Source: a virus
Taxonomy: Duplodnaviria; Caudoviricetes
Direction: 5' to 3' (one strand)
IMG/VR virus record: IMGVR_UViG_3300042564_004703
Span: 1-61,203 of that record
DNA: 61,203 nt
The translations under genes and the position numbers were made by a program. Shown here piece by piece: positions 1-9,807 of the stretch; position 1 is the first letter of the stretch, and every line of letters begins with the position of its first letter. The notes under the pieces are model-generated. The model saw nothing but the letters and a program-made list of their open reading frames with translations, made no database searches and had not been told where the DNA came from.

Positions 1-72
1 GTATTAAACTTATTAAATAATACTTCTTCTATCTCTTGTATTTTATCCATAATATTAATACCTTAATCTTTT

Positions 73-276
73 TTATAAATCTGTTAAATAAGCATCTGTT
101 TTACAATGCGGACAAGCCCAAAAACTATTCTCATAGTCGTTTATATACTCCATTGAGTGTACTTTTATACCTTTAATATCGTATTTCTTTGCGTTTATTT
201 GTGGGTTTTCGTCTATTAACAACCTTTCACAATTATTACATTTGCAAAGTTCTGTTCCGTTTTCTTTTGTTTTCAT
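73..276 (-). CDS. Small Zn-ribbon early protein
   Basis: 67 aa with CKCNNC and CPHC motifs; co-oriented with neighbouring early genes. Confidence 0.7.
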   Translation of the reverse strand: MKTKENGTELCKCNNCERLLIDENPQINAKKYDIKGIKVHSMEYINDYENSFWACPHCKTDAYLTDL

Positions 277-1196
277 AGTGTTATTTCATTTTTCCAAAAA
301 CTTCTACACATTCCATAAACTTCATTAATAGAATATCCATTGGTTTCATCTATTAATAAACTGAAACTATCATACTTTGTTAGATTCTTTTTGCGTGGTA
401 CTTCTAATTTAATAGTAAAATCTCTTTGTAAAGCCATTTCTAAAACACTTCCTCCACCAAAAGTATCACTGAATAAACCACAATAGTTTCCTTTTGGTAT
501 AGTTACTTCTTTTAGTTCAAAGTTGTTATCTATTAAAGTTTGAATATCTAATAAACCTGTAAAAACTAATAAGTTTGCGCCGCAACTACTATTTTCAAGT
601 TCTTGCCAAAAATCCGCATAAGAAACTAATTCTTTACCATCTCTATACTTATAGTTAGGAAAACTACCATAAACTGCAACATCATTTTCAACTAATAACT
701 TCTTAACTTTTGCAGGATTCAAATTTAAAACATCAACCATATCTCCAAAATAAGATTCTCTATAAGAATAACCGCCTTCAAAATGGTGTGAATTGATACA
801 ATCATAGTTTGAGTATAAAGGTATTCTAACTTCTAAACTGCTTGAATTACGTACTAAATCTTTTAAAACTGTACTATCATCAACACTATAATAATGGTTG
901 TTAATTTCATCTCTATACTCTTCAATAATTTCTTCTGCCTCTTCCTCTTCAATTTCAAACTTACTGCAAATATCTGAAATAAGTTCTTTGTCTAAACTTT
1001 CAAACTCATAAAAAGGACTTTCAGAATACCATTTATCAATAGCTTCATAGAGCGCATCTGCATTTTTGTTGTCAATACATTTTTGAATAAGTTTTGTATG
1101 TTCGTCTAAATTATCATTATAATTAACATAGTATAAACTTGTTCTTGTTGGTAATAAGTCTTTTATTTCTTTAAATGTTATTTTAATTGCTTCCAT
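273..1196 (-). CDS. Hypothetical acidic early protein (307 aa)
   Basis: Long ORF, A-rich leader, overlaps next gene by 4 bp. Confidence 0.8.
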   Translation of the reverse strand: MEAIKITFKEIKDLLPTRTSLYYVNYNDNLDEHTKLIQKCIDNKNADALYEAIDKWYSESPFYEFESLDKELISDICSKFEIEEEEAEEIIEEYRDEINNHYYSVDDSTVLKDLVRNSSSLEVRIPLYSNYDCINSHHFEGGYSYRESYFGDMVDVLNLNPAKVKKLLVENDVAVYGSFPNYKYRDGKELVSYADFWQELENSSCGANLLVFTGLLDIQTLIDNNFELKEVTIPKGNYCGLFSDTFGGGSVLEMALQRDFTIKLEVPRKKNLTKYDSFSLLIDETNGYSINEVYGMCRSFWKNEITL

Positions 1197-1485
1197 TTTG
1201 TTTGTTTTTAAGTTTTATTCTGCCGAAAAAAGAATTAAGAAAGGGATTTTAAATGTTCTCTAACAATCAACTGTTGTTTGCTTTGTGGTATTAAAGATAA
1301 ACAAAGGTTAGTTAATTTAAGTTTTTTAAGGTTGTTATTATCAACTGCTAAAATTTTATTAAGTTTGGTTTCAAATTTCATAATTTTTGTGTTTTAAATT
1401 CTCTGTAAATGTATAAATAATTTCCGCAATAAAAAAATAAAAAGACAGAAATATTTTAATTTATAGTTATTCTAAATAAAGATTA

Positions 1486-1968
1486 CTATTCTTTATACCT
1501 TGTTAAATTCAGTTTATAACCTTGTCTTGTATATCGAGGTTTCAACCAAAATAAACTATTTTCCGCATCAAAAAATGGTCTTGCTTTAAAAGGCTCTTTA
1601 CCTAAACCAACAACTGTAACATAAGTTTTATTTTTGGCTAACCCTTTTATTTTTTCTTCTGTTGGTTGTTGCCAATCTTTATAGGTTTCTTTGTAATTCT
1701 CTATTTGTTCAAAAGAATTTTTATTGTTTAGATAGCTTTGAGAATTATAAACAAATCTACTTAATATTTTTTCATCTAAATTCAAGTGTTTACAATGTTC
1801 GGCAACTGTTGAGTTATAACAATATATGCCTTTACTTTTCAAATCCTCAATTACTTCAACTATTTCTTTTAAGTAGTGTTTAAAACTGTCTTTGTAATTT
1901 TCAACTTCGCTTAAATTAATAAGTACCATTTGTTCAAATGCTTTTGCTTGTAATATTATTTCTATCAT
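1486..1968 (-). CDS. Hypothetical early protein
   Basis: 160 aa ORF with A-rich leader. Confidence 0.75.
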   Translation of the reverse strand: MIEIILQAKAFEQMVLINLSEVENYKDSFKHYLKEIVEVIEDLKSKGIYCYNSTVAEHCKHLNLDEKILSRFVYNSQSYLNNKNSFEQIENYKETYKDWQQPTEEKIKGLAKNKTYVTVVGLGKEPFKARPFFDAENSLFWLKPRYTRQGYKLNLTRYKE

Positions 1969-2017
1969 TTTGTTATTGTTTTTAAATTTTTGCCCGAAAA
2001 AAGATTAAAAAGAACTG

Positions 2018-2224
2018 TTAATTTTTAGGGTGCAATTTACAAGCATAATTACTTAATAAGTTTCTTTGATAGTCTGAAAGGTTTAAATCTTTACAAAAAT
2101 AATCAACTTCATCATTAATTAGTTGTCTTATCATTGGTTTATCGTCTGCAAATCTTTGTTTAAATTCTTCTGCACCTATTTTAAGTGCTATTTTTACTTG
2201 TTGGTACTTTGATAGTATTTTCAT
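2018..2224 (-). CDS. Hypothetical early protein
   Basis: 68 aa ORF in the early gene string. Confidence 0.65.
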   Translation of the reverse strand: MKILSKYQQVKIALKIGAEEFKQRFADDKPMIRQLINDEVDYFCKDLNLSDYQRNLLSNYACKLHPKN

Positions 2225-2320
2225 AAGATAATGTTTTAAAATGGTTAAAAATAGTGTTAAATTAAATGTTTGAGGGTTTTGTTAGAATAAATCCGCCGTA
2301 AAAAGAAAACTGAAAAGAAA

Positions 2321-2536
2321 TTAAACAACCTCAAACTCATACTCATATAAAGAATAAGGAACACTTAAACCACTTTCCAATACTTCTAAATCACAAAGAT
2401 ACATACCATTCATACTACTGTCATAAAATTGATTTTCTCTTACAGAATTAACTGATTCAACAATAATTAAATCAATCCCTAAAAATTCTGTGTAATTATC
2501 ATTATCTGATATAATACGAACTACTTTATTTATCAT
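2321..2536 (-). CDS. Hypothetical early protein
   Basis: 71 aa ORF in the early gene string. Confidence 0.65.
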   Translation of the reverse strand: MINKVVRIISDNDNYTEFLGIDLIIVESVNSVRENQFYDSSMNGMYLCDLEVLESGLSVPYSLYEYEFEVV

Positions 2537-2659
2537 ACTTCAAATGTTAACGGTTGTTAATTTATTTTATTTATTTAAGAACAAGCCACTTTTTACTTTA
2601 TATTTCAAAGTCCTTTGTAGAATAAAGGATTTTGTTTGGTGGGGGTTGTCCTCCCCTAT

Positions 2660-2675
2660 TGTTCCACGTGGAACA
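2660..2675. promoter_or_regulatory. parS: parS centromere-like site (ParB binding)
   Basis: Perfect intergenic 16-bp palindrome TGTTCCACGTGGAACA matching the bacterial parS consensus TGTTNCACGTGNAACA. Confidence 0.8.
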
Positions 2676-2694
2676 CTATAATTTTTAGACTTGT

Positions 2695-3021
2695 CTAAAT
2701 TTTATTTTCGTTATACCATTTTATAAATTCTACACAAGCATTATAGGTAGCTTCTATTTTACTTTCTTCTACCATTTCTCTTGTTTTGGAATAACTTTCT
2801 CCCATTACATCGGTTAAATAAAAAATAATCATTACAGAATTACCATTTCCTATACAAACTGCTCCACCCATATTCTCAATCTTCTCTACTACTTCCATTA
2901 ACCAATTCCAGTCAATATGGTATTTAAAACTGCCTAAATCCTCTTTTATATTATCATTCATATCAATAGTAATATTTTGCATAAACTTTGCAATCAATAC
3001 GTTGTTTTCTGTTGTATTCAT
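2695..3021 (-). CDS. Phage protein, possible ABA-sandwich domain
   Basis: YHIDWNWLMEVVEKIE motif recurrent in phage proteins. Confidence 0.55.
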   Translation of the reverse strand: MNTTENNVLIAKFMQNITIDMNDNIKEDLGSFKYHIDWNWLMEVVEKIENMGGAVCIGNGNSVMIIFYLTDVMGESYSKTREMVEESKIEATYNACVEFIKWYNENKI

Positions 3022-3071
3022 AATTTCTGTTTTTAATTTTCTTTTGCGCGATTTTATAAGTTTTTATTCCG

Positions 3072-3293
3072 TTAAACATTGAATTTTATGTTTTTACCTC
3101 TACTTTGATTACTTAAATCATTAGTTTTTGATATATTCCACCCCTTAATAAGTTTATCTTTGTACTTATTTGAGTTAATTTGATAGAATTTTGTTATAGT
3201 TGAGTAGTTGCACCCTATTAAATCGGCTATTTTGTTTGCTCCTTTACTGTAATATACTTCATTTGTCGTTATATTCCTTGCTATAAATCCCAT
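3072..3293 (-). CDS. Small NUMOD1/HTH-like DNA-binding protein
   Basis: YYSKGANKIADLIGCNYSTI resembles a NUMOD1-type HTH; upstream TACATTTG promoter. Confidence 0.5.
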   Translation of the reverse strand: MGFIARNITTNEVYYSKGANKIADLIGCNYSTITKFYQINSNKYKDKLIKGWNISKTNDLSNQSRGKNIKFNV

Positions 3294-3566
3294 TTAGTAG
3301 CTTTTTTAGTCGTTAAACATTGATTTCTTGACAAATGTAATACTTTTATTTTAATCCACCAAACAAAAATGTTTTTATTTTTTACCTGCCAAATTAAATT
3401 ACTAAACAAATTTTACCTTCGCCCACCCATAAAGTCTTATAACCTTGTTGTTTAAGTTCTCTATATCTGTTTATTTCGTTTGAGTTAATTATTATTTGTG
3501 CTTCCATTAGTTTTCAAATTTTAAGTTGTATTTTTGTTTTCTTATTTCAATTGTTTTTTGCGAAAA

Positions 3567-4196
3567 TTAATTAATCAACTGTAATACTTCCAATTCATCA
3601 TTGCTAAATAAACTACACATTTTATCATACTCTTTAGCAACTGCTTTATATGTTTTTTTCGCCGTTCTACTGTCTGTGTCATAACCAAAACCACTGCAAA
3701 AATCTTCAAAAGTTCCCACATCATACTTTTGTAAACAAGCTAGTACATCATATAAAGTTGGTGTAATAGGTTTAGATATTGTATCACAAATTGAGTTAAA
3801 AGGTATTTTTGACAATGTTCTAACTTTAAAATATAAATCTGTATTTTTTAGGCTTAAATATTTTCTATCTAATTGAGTAATACAATTACCTTGTTTAGCG
3901 TAAAAACCGCTTTTATTTAGACTTTGCCCAAACTTAAAAGTGTATTTTCTTTGCCCTCGTTTCAAAGTAATATTATAAATATCTCTTGTTTCTTTATCGC
4001 CTTGAAAATGCAAACCATTCTCTAAAAATTCTGCTTTAAATTCAAGGTTAAAAGATTCAGCTAATATATTAACTGCTTCGTTATATTGACTGTTATCAAT
4101 TAAATTTTCTATTTGTGTGCTTAATGCTTTCATAATTTTATTTTCTGTTTTTAGTTTTTTACCCGCCGTTTTGTTACTCCTCCTCTTCATTTTCAA
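3567..4196 (-). CDS. Conserved phage hypothetical protein (start probably at MKALSTQ)
   Basis: PTLYDVLACL..FEDFCSGFGYDTDS motif familiar from phage early proteins. Confidence 0.7.
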   Translation of the reverse strand: MKMKRRSNKTAGKKLKTENKIMKALSTQIENLIDNSQYNEAVNILAESFNLEFKAEFLENGLHFQGDKETRDIYNITLKRGQRKYTFKFGQSLNKSGFYAKQGNCITQLDRKYLSLKNTDLYFKVRTLSKIPFNSICDTISKPITPTLYDVLACLQKYDVGTFEDFCSGFGYDTDSRTAKKTYKAVAKEYDKMCSLFSNDELEVLQLIN

Positions 4197-4398
4197 TTCC
4201 TAACATTTCAAAAATCCAATCCTCCTCAAACCAAAGTAAATCATTTAAAGCCGTTTCGCTTAAACCATCGGGATAGAGTTCATCGATTAAATTATCGAAG
4301 TCGTTTGCTTTGCCCTCGTTTATGATTCTCTCTTGTGTTTCTTCTGCTCCACTCCAAGCGTTAAAATTTACTAAATTTGTTTCGTTAAATGTTTTCAT
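4174..4398 (-). CDS. Conserved small acidic phage protein
   Basis: FNAWSGA...ETALNDLLWFE motif; very acidic. Confidence 0.7.
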   Translation of the reverse strand: MKTFNETNLVNFNAWSGAEETQERIINEGKANDFDNLIDELYPDGLSETALNDLLWFEEDWIFEMLGIENEEEE

Positions 4399-4688
4399 GA
4401 GATTATATTTTTTCTGTTATTAAAGTTCCTTTTTTGATTTGTTCCTCTCGTTGTTGCTTAACGTATTCGTTTAACAATTCCCATGCCTCAACGCCCTCTA
4501 TACTTCCAACTTCAAAATGTAATTGTTTCAAAGCGTTTTCAACTACTATAATAGATATTTTTTCCATTGTTTTAAATTTTAATTGTTATTAACTTATACA
4601 AAGATATAATTTATTTTTTATACTTTGCTATTGTTTTTTAATTATTTTTGTTTTATCTTTGCTTTTTTCAATTTTTTTTCGCGAAATT

Positions 4689-4946
4689 TTAGTAAATAGG
4701 TAAACTTTTATAAACTTTTTTATCTATTAATCCCACTTTTTGAGGTGTAGAAGTAGTTAAGCCATTTTTTGCATTATATCTTTTAAACCCTACAAAACCG
4801 CTACTACTTTGTAATTTGTAAACCTTAAAACAATCATTTTTACAAGTTGCTTTTAAACCGTCTAAAATTCCAGTTCCTTCAAGTGTAATTATATCGCCTG
4901 TTTTAGCTACTTGTTTATATTCTTCTAATGTATTAAATATTTTCAT
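4689..4946 (-). CDS. Hypothetical early protein
   Basis: 85 aa ORF with A-rich leader. Confidence 0.65.
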   Translation of the reverse strand: MKIFNTLEEYKQVAKTGDIITLEGTGILDGLKATCKNDCFKVYKLQSSSGFVGFKRYNAKNGLTTSTPQKVGLIDKKVYKSLPIY

Positions 4947-4957
4947 TTTCTTAATTT

Positions 4958-5161
4958 TTAAAGTATTACTTCAACCCTCCCAAAATCTTTGCTTCTCAAT
5001 ACGTAGATAGTTTTAAACCCTCTTTGTACTTTTGTGTGTTTGACTTTTAAGCGTTGCATTTGCTTTTTTAGTTCGGTACTTCCTGCAAAGATTAAAGCCG
5101 TTTTTATTGCCGTTTCTTTTAGTGTGTCTATTTGTTCAAATGTGATGTTTTCTATACTCAT
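4958..5161 (-). CDS. Hypothetical early protein
   Basis: 67 aa ORF tightly packed with neighbours. Confidence 0.65.
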   Translation of the reverse strand: MSIENITFEQIDTLKETAIKTALIFAGSTELKKQMQRLKVKHTKVQRGFKTIYVLRSKDFGRVEVIL

Positions 5162-5192
5162 AATTTCTATTTTTTTAATTAAATTTTTGTTT

Positions 5193-5426
5193 TTAGTTTT
5201 TTACGGCGGTTTTTAATACTTCTAAAATAGCTTTTTTAGTGTTGGTTTTGTTACCATAATTAAAACCTATTCCACTATGCAACCCTTTGATTTTGAATAT
5301 TTGTAAATCGCATTCCTTTGCACCTATATACAATTTTATTTGTATATCGTTTTCAACATCGTTGATAAAATTCCATTTATTTTTACCATTTTTAAAAGCG
5401 TCGTTTATTGATTCAATTGCATTCAT
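5193..5426 (-). CDS. Hypothetical early protein
   Basis: 77 aa ORF. Confidence 0.65.
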   Translation of the reverse strand: MNAIESINDAFKNGKNKWNFINDVENDIQIKLYIGAKECDLQIFKIKGLHSGIGFNYGNKTNTKKAILEVLKTAVKN

Positions 5427-5630
5427 ATTTTTATAGTTTTATGTTTATTTTTTCGCGCAAAAAAGCTAAAAAAGAAACTGATTAATTTAAGTTAAAATGA
5501 AATAAAGATAGTTTAAAGTCGTAGATTTCCCACAACTGACAAATCAAATCATTGAGCGAAAACGCTAATAAATTACTGCCTAAAAAAGTAGCTTCATAAA
5601 ATATAAAACCGTCTTTTAATTGTTTACGTC

Positions 5631-5813
5631 TTATTTGTAAGTTTCCCATTTGTTGTTTATTTTTTCGTGTGAAATAAAAGCATTATAACCAATACGATAA
5701 CCGATTTTATTATAGCCGTTTAACGTTGCATAACGTTTGCACCCTCTTAAAGTCTTTGACGTATCAATTAAACAATTATTATTGTCAATGATACCGTATA
5801 TTTTTGATTCCAT
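5631..5813 (-). CDS. Hypothetical early protein
   Basis: 60 aa ORF. Confidence 0.6.
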   Translation of the reverse strand: MESKIYGIIDNNNCLIDTSKTLRGCKRYATLNGYNKIGYRIGYNAFISHEKINNKWETYK

Positions 5814-6029
5814 AATATTAAAAATTAAAAAGCGTTAGCCACTATTATACGTATTATTTGCGCCGTAAAAAAGATTAAATAAAAGATAATAGTAAACTGC
5901 AACCAATTAGCAACTATGTAAAAGCGAATGATTTTAAATTTAGTTTTCATAACATATAAAATTAAATTAATAAAAATTATCTTTTTTAATTTGTTTTCCC
6001 GCCAAAAAAGATAAAAAGCTTCATTATTA

Positions 6030-6224
6030 TTAGTTGTTCATTGTCAATGAACGCCTATTAATTTTGAACAACCCTAAATTATAAAATCTCAATGCTCCGT
6101 TAATTGGGATGTGTGTATTAAGTTTTATATTTATTTTATCATGAATATCTAAAGTACTTCTTTTATTCATAATTCTATCTAAAGATAAAAAATATAAGTT
6201 TGAATTGTGATGATGTGTCTTCAT
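6030..6224 (-). CDS. First gene of the early block, hypothetical
   Basis: 64 aa ORF directly downstream of a consensus promoter. Confidence 0.55.
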   Translation of the reverse strand: MKTHHHNSNLYFLSLDRIMNKRSTLDIHDKINIKLNTHIPINGALRFYNLGLFKINRRSLTMNN

Positions 6225-6269
6225 AATAATATAAGATTAAATTAATAAATCGTTGTTGTTATTTGATGG

Positions 6270-6305
6270 AGCAAACATACAACGAACAACAATAATAAAA
6301 CAAAT
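6270..6305 (-). promoter_or_regulatory. Bacteroidota sigma-type early promoter
   Basis: Minus strand TTTG...TATGTTTG (-33/-7 consensus TTTG/TAnnTTTG). Confidence 0.65.
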
Positions 6306-6871
6306 AAAATCGTAAATAATCGATAAAATGCACAATAAAACCGATGAACTACACAATCAATAAAGTATATTCTTACAACGAATGAAAAGCAATTAATTAA
6401 AATAACTATCTAATAAACTAAAAAATCCCGCAAAAAAATAAATATAAAGAAACATAAACAACTGAATAAATAAATATAACCTATCTAACAACTAACAAAC
6501 ATACAACTAACAACAAATAAAAAACCCTCAAAACAAAAACGATTTTAAGGGCTTTTAAGCAACGAAAATAGAAAAGTGTAGTGTTGACCCAGGGTAGGGG
6601 AAAAACGAGGTCAGTACCCGTGAGGTTATAGGGTAAGTCCTCCAAGACAAGGGTACGTTTTATATATTTCCCAAAAAGACACTTCCTCTCTCTCTCCACA
6701 AAAGGCATATTGAATCCCCAAAAAGAGATTACCCCCTTCTCCTTTTACATATAAAAATCCCCTCAAAACAATTTTAATAAAGATACAATGATGTGTGGGG
6801 TATAGAAAAAGAATTGATTGAGGGTGGGGGTGTGGAAAAAGAATGGGTTCTATATAAAAGAACTTTGTTCC

Positions 6872-6902
6872 AAAAGAAAACCCCTACGCAGTGTAAGGGT
6901 TG
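6872..6902 (-). terminator. Intrinsic terminator ending the leftward middle-gene block
   Basis: Minus strand AAACCCTTAC-ACTGC-GTAGGGGTTTT followed by CTTTT. Confidence 0.65.
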
Positions 6903-6953
6903 TGGTTATTATTCTGTTCTATGTTATTTGAAGCCATCTTGTTTTTGTCTAAA

Positions 6954-7121
6954 CTAAAGCTTTTCTTCGCCGATTTTCCTAAACAGAAAAAAGTCTTTAC
7001 TAGCTTCTCCTGTTTCTCTGTAAGCTATACTTCCACAACAGGGAGTGCTTCCTACCCAATTGTCATATTGTTGTTTGCATACGTTGCATTCTACTGTAAA
7101 ATCTGTTTCTTTATTTTTCAT
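6954..7121 (-). CDS. 55-aa Zn-ribbon protein (below ORF-track cutoff)
   Basis: Manual translation MKNKETDFTVECNVCKQQYDNWVGSTPCCGSIAY...; CxxC and CC motifs. Confidence 0.65.
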   Translation of the reverse strand: MKNKETDFTVECNVCKQQYDNWVGSTPCCGSIAYRETGEASKDFFLFRKIGEEKL

Positions 7122-7169
7122 TTTTAAAAAACTCTCCTGAACTGATGTAAAATTTTAATTCTGTATATT

Positions 7170-7484
7170 TTATAATAAATCTAATTTTTTAGCTCGTTTT
7201 AAAAGTGTCTTTACTTTCTTGTAGGTTTCTCTCCAATCAAGTCCTTTTTCTTTTAGCCCTTCTTTACACTCCTTTTTAAATTCTTTTTTGCCGCACGAAA
7301 TGAAGAAGGTTAAATTATCCCACGATAAAGGTTTGTCTTTAATTGAGCCATTTGTAATTTCAAAGTACCCAAATTGGTAAAGAGGTTCAAAATCTTTATA
7401 CCCAGATAAATCTTCTTTAACCGAAATGTTTAATTCTACTTCATCTAGTAAGAATTGTATGTATGTGTTTATGTCTTTTTTCAT
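7170..7484 (-). CDS. Hypothetical protein
   Basis: 104 aa, operon-packed. Confidence 0.7.
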   Translation of the reverse strand: MKKDINTYIQFLLDEVELNISVKEDLSGYKDFEPLYQFGYFEITNGSIKDKPLSWDNLTFFISCGKKEFKKECKEGLKEKGLDWRETYKKVKTLLKRAKKLDLL

Positions 7485-7485
7485 T

Positions 7486-7758
7486 TTATAAACTATTTAT
7501 TAACTCTTCTTTTGTGGCGAAAATATCTTTTTCATTTACAACATCATCAAGTATATATTGCCTATCCTCTGTTTTTTTAAAAGTATATATTATTTCTTCT
7601 TTTCCTTTTTCAGAATCATAACTGAAATCTATTTTAAAAGGTTTATCTTTTCTTGGTTTGTTATTATACATAAACCAAACTTCTTGATTTATGTTGTATT
7701 TAGTTTCTATTTTCATACTGTTCAACTGCTTCTTTAAATATTTTTTGCGCCAACTCAA
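7486..7758 (-). CDS. Hypothetical protein (start probably MKIETKYNI)
   Basis: IETKYNINQEVWF...IFATKEELINSL motif common in Bacteroidota phages. Confidence 0.7.
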   Translation of the reverse strand: MSWRKKYLKKQLNSMKIETKYNINQEVWFMYNNKPRKDKPFKIDFSYDSEKGKEEIIYTFKKTEDRQYILDDVVNEKDIFATKEELINSL

Positions 7759-8089
7759 CTCTATCTTTTAGTTCTACTAAATGTTTTTCTTCTGCTTCTT
7801 TTCTTTCTTTGGGCGATAAAATAAAACGAGCCAAAGAAATATTAACAGAACTATTTTCCATACAGAAGTCATACCAATTTATTAGCTGTTCTTCAGTAAC
7901 ACCTAACTTATAGCAAATTAAAACATCTGAAAAATTAAAAAAATAATCTCCATAATTAAAAACTCCACCAATATCATCAGCTACATAGTAGTAGGAAGGG
8001 TCATTGTCATCAAAATAATCATATAAAAACTGATTTGTTAGTTTTATAGTTTGATTTTCCCATTTCTCTATTTCTTTATTTATCTTCAT
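7700..8089 (-). CDS. Hypothetical protein
   Basis: 129 aa, operon-packed. Confidence 0.7.
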   Translation of the reverse strand: MKINKEIEKWENQTIKLTNQFLYDYFDDNDPSYYYVADDIGGVFNYGDYFFNFSDVLICYKLGVTEEQLINWYDFCMENSSVNISLARFILSPKERKEAEEKHLVELKDRVELAQKIFKEAVEQYENRN

Positions 8090-8424
8090 TATAAACTGTT
8101 TATAAACTCCTCAATTTCCTCATCTGATTTACCACCAATAATGTTTCCATAATTTGTGTGGTATTTATTAAAGTCAATTGCTTTTCTAATATCTTCTAAA
8201 TTATATTGTTTTTCCAGGAATTTTTCTGTGTCGGGTAAATCACATTTAAAATAATCATCTTCTTCTGCATATCCGTGTTCTAAAAGAAATCCTTCAAATT
8301 CCCAATACACTCTTAAAAACTGTTTTTTATCTATTTTACCCATCCAAAAGTTGAACATAGTTTTTCTTATCGTACCTGCAATTCTTATAAGTTCTTCTTT
8401 AGTTCCGTATTCTTCTATTCCCAT
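8089..8424 (-). CDS. Hypothetical protein
   Basis: 111 aa, 1-bp overlap with next gene. Confidence 0.7.
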   Translation of the reverse strand: MGIEEYGTKEELIRIAGTIRKTMFNFWMGKIDKKQFLRVYWEFEGFLLEHGYAEEDDYFKCDLPDTEKFLEKQYNLEDIRKAIDFNKYHTNYGNIIGGKSDEEIEEFINSL

Positions 8425-8840
8425 CTCAATAAAGTTTTAATTTCTAATAACTCAAATACTTGATTAAATTCTTCTTCTGTTTTTAATTCTTTTCCGTCGA
8501 AAATAGTATCCTCTTCACCTCTGTTACTTCTCCACCAAATTAAAGTGCCACCACTATCACTTGCTATAAATAAACTACTATCATAGCCTGTTCCTGCACC
8601 CAACTTTCTTTTCTTTGACTGAAAAACTTCATTTTCATTATCATAAGTGAAATTCTTTCTTAAAAAACTGAATATTTCAGGAATAGATTTTATATTCTTC
8701 CACACATCAGCAGAATCACCATCTAAAAAACTTTCAATAATAGTAAAATTCTCTAATTTATTATTTTCTCCCAAATCTTTTAAATCAATGTACCAATTTA
8801 CAAAATCAATTACTTTATTTGTGTTCCACTCTTGTTTCAT
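8415..8840 (-). CDS. Hypothetical protein
   Basis: 141 aa, overlapping operon. Confidence 0.7.
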   Translation of the reverse strand: MKQEWNTNKVIDFVNWYIDLKDLGENNKLENFTIIESFLDGDSADVWKNIKSIPEIFSFLRKNFTYDNENEVFQSKKRKLGAGTGYDSSLFIASDSGGTLIWWRSNRGEEDTIFDGKELKTEEEFNQVFELLEIKTLLRWE

Positions 8841-8903
8841 TTAAGTTGTTTTTAGGCGTTCTGAGCCATTATTAATTATTTTTAATAGTCTTATATACTT
8901 TGA

Positions 8904-9170
8904 TTAAAAATCTACGTTTAAATCATCAATTTTAAGTTTATCATTTTCTTTTCCAAAATATAATTCTAATTCTTTTTCAAATGGCTTATTAACCTCATCA
9001 AGTTTATCTGCAATAGCTCTTAAAGTATATGCTGACCAACAACCTGATAAATCAGATTTCTCCCAAAAATAATAAGAACCGTTAGAATCTAATTGAAAAC
9101 TTCCTATTTCTTTACCTGTTATAGTTTGAACAGAATAACTTTTATTTAATTTCTCTATTTTAATTTCCAT
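8904..9170 (-). CDS. Hypothetical protein
   Basis: GSYYFWE..GCWSAYTLRAIADKLDEVN motif seen in phage proteins. Confidence 0.7.
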   Translation of the reverse strand: MEIKIEKLNKSYSVQTITGKEIGSFQLDSNGSYYFWEKSDLSGCWSAYTLRAIADKLDEVNKPFEKELELYFGKENDKLKIDDLNVDF

Positions 9171-9303
9171 AATCTGTAGTAAAAGTTATCTATAAATATT
9201 TGTGGGTCGTTTAACTTTTCGCTCTCTGATTTGTAATATTCCTAAAGCCAATTATTATTCAGTTTTTGAGAGTTTCTCTGTTTTATGTAACCGTCTTTGT
9301 AAT

Positions 9304-9807
9304 TCAAAATCTAAATATTCTAAATGTTATTCCTGCGCCTACTTGTGGTGTTGCTATTACGGTAGGTAGTGGTGTTGTTATTAATGAAAGTCCATATCCC
9401 GCATAAAGACTGAAAGAAAATTTTTTAGCTGCTTTTCGTTTTAACTTTTCATTTTCTTCTGTTAAAATTGCATTATTTGTTTCCTCCTCTTTAATAAGAG
9501 TGTCAGATTTAACTATTACATCTTTTGCTTTTGGAAGTAATGCTTCAGCTTTAAGTCTTAGAAAACGTTCATTATCTAATAACTTTTTATAATATTCTAC
9601 TCCACCAATTGCAATCTTATTAACTTTTTTTAAGTCTTTATTTTCGGCATTAATTTCTTCACATTCATAAATTCTATGTAACACCCACTCTCCTGCTTCA
9701 TAAGAAACTTTTACACTATCTTTTGATATTTCTTGACTTATACAAAGATTCGATGCTATCAGAGATAACAGAAGAATAAACATTTGTTGTGGCTTTAATT
9801 TTTTCAT
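9304..9807 (-). CDS. Exported coiled-coil protein with C-terminal beta-hairpin; putative outer spanin component
   Basis: Signal-peptide-like N-terminus, coiled coil, amphipathic beta strands ending in Phe (FSLYAGYG...VGAGITFRIFRF); overlaps upstream TM/coiled-coil gene. Confidence 0.5.
   Translation of the reverse strand: MKKLKPQQMFILLLSLIASNLCISQEISKDSVKVSYEAGEWVLHRIYECEEINAENKDLKKVNKIAIGGVEYYKKLLDNERFLRLKAEALLPKAKDVIVKSDTLIKEEETNNAILTEENEKLKRKAAKKFSFSLYAGYGLSLITTPLPTVIATPQVGAGITFRIFRF

Noticed and set aside
6320-6390. LytTR-type operator repeats upstream of the early promoter
   Set aside because: Only short, imperfect CGAT/CGAA repeats; too weak to call without a motif model
6481-7127. 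ORFs 6481-6708 (-) and 6900-7127 (+)
   Set aside because: The first is low-complexity sequence in the junction; the second is the shadow of a better 55-aa Zn-ribbon gene on the minus strand
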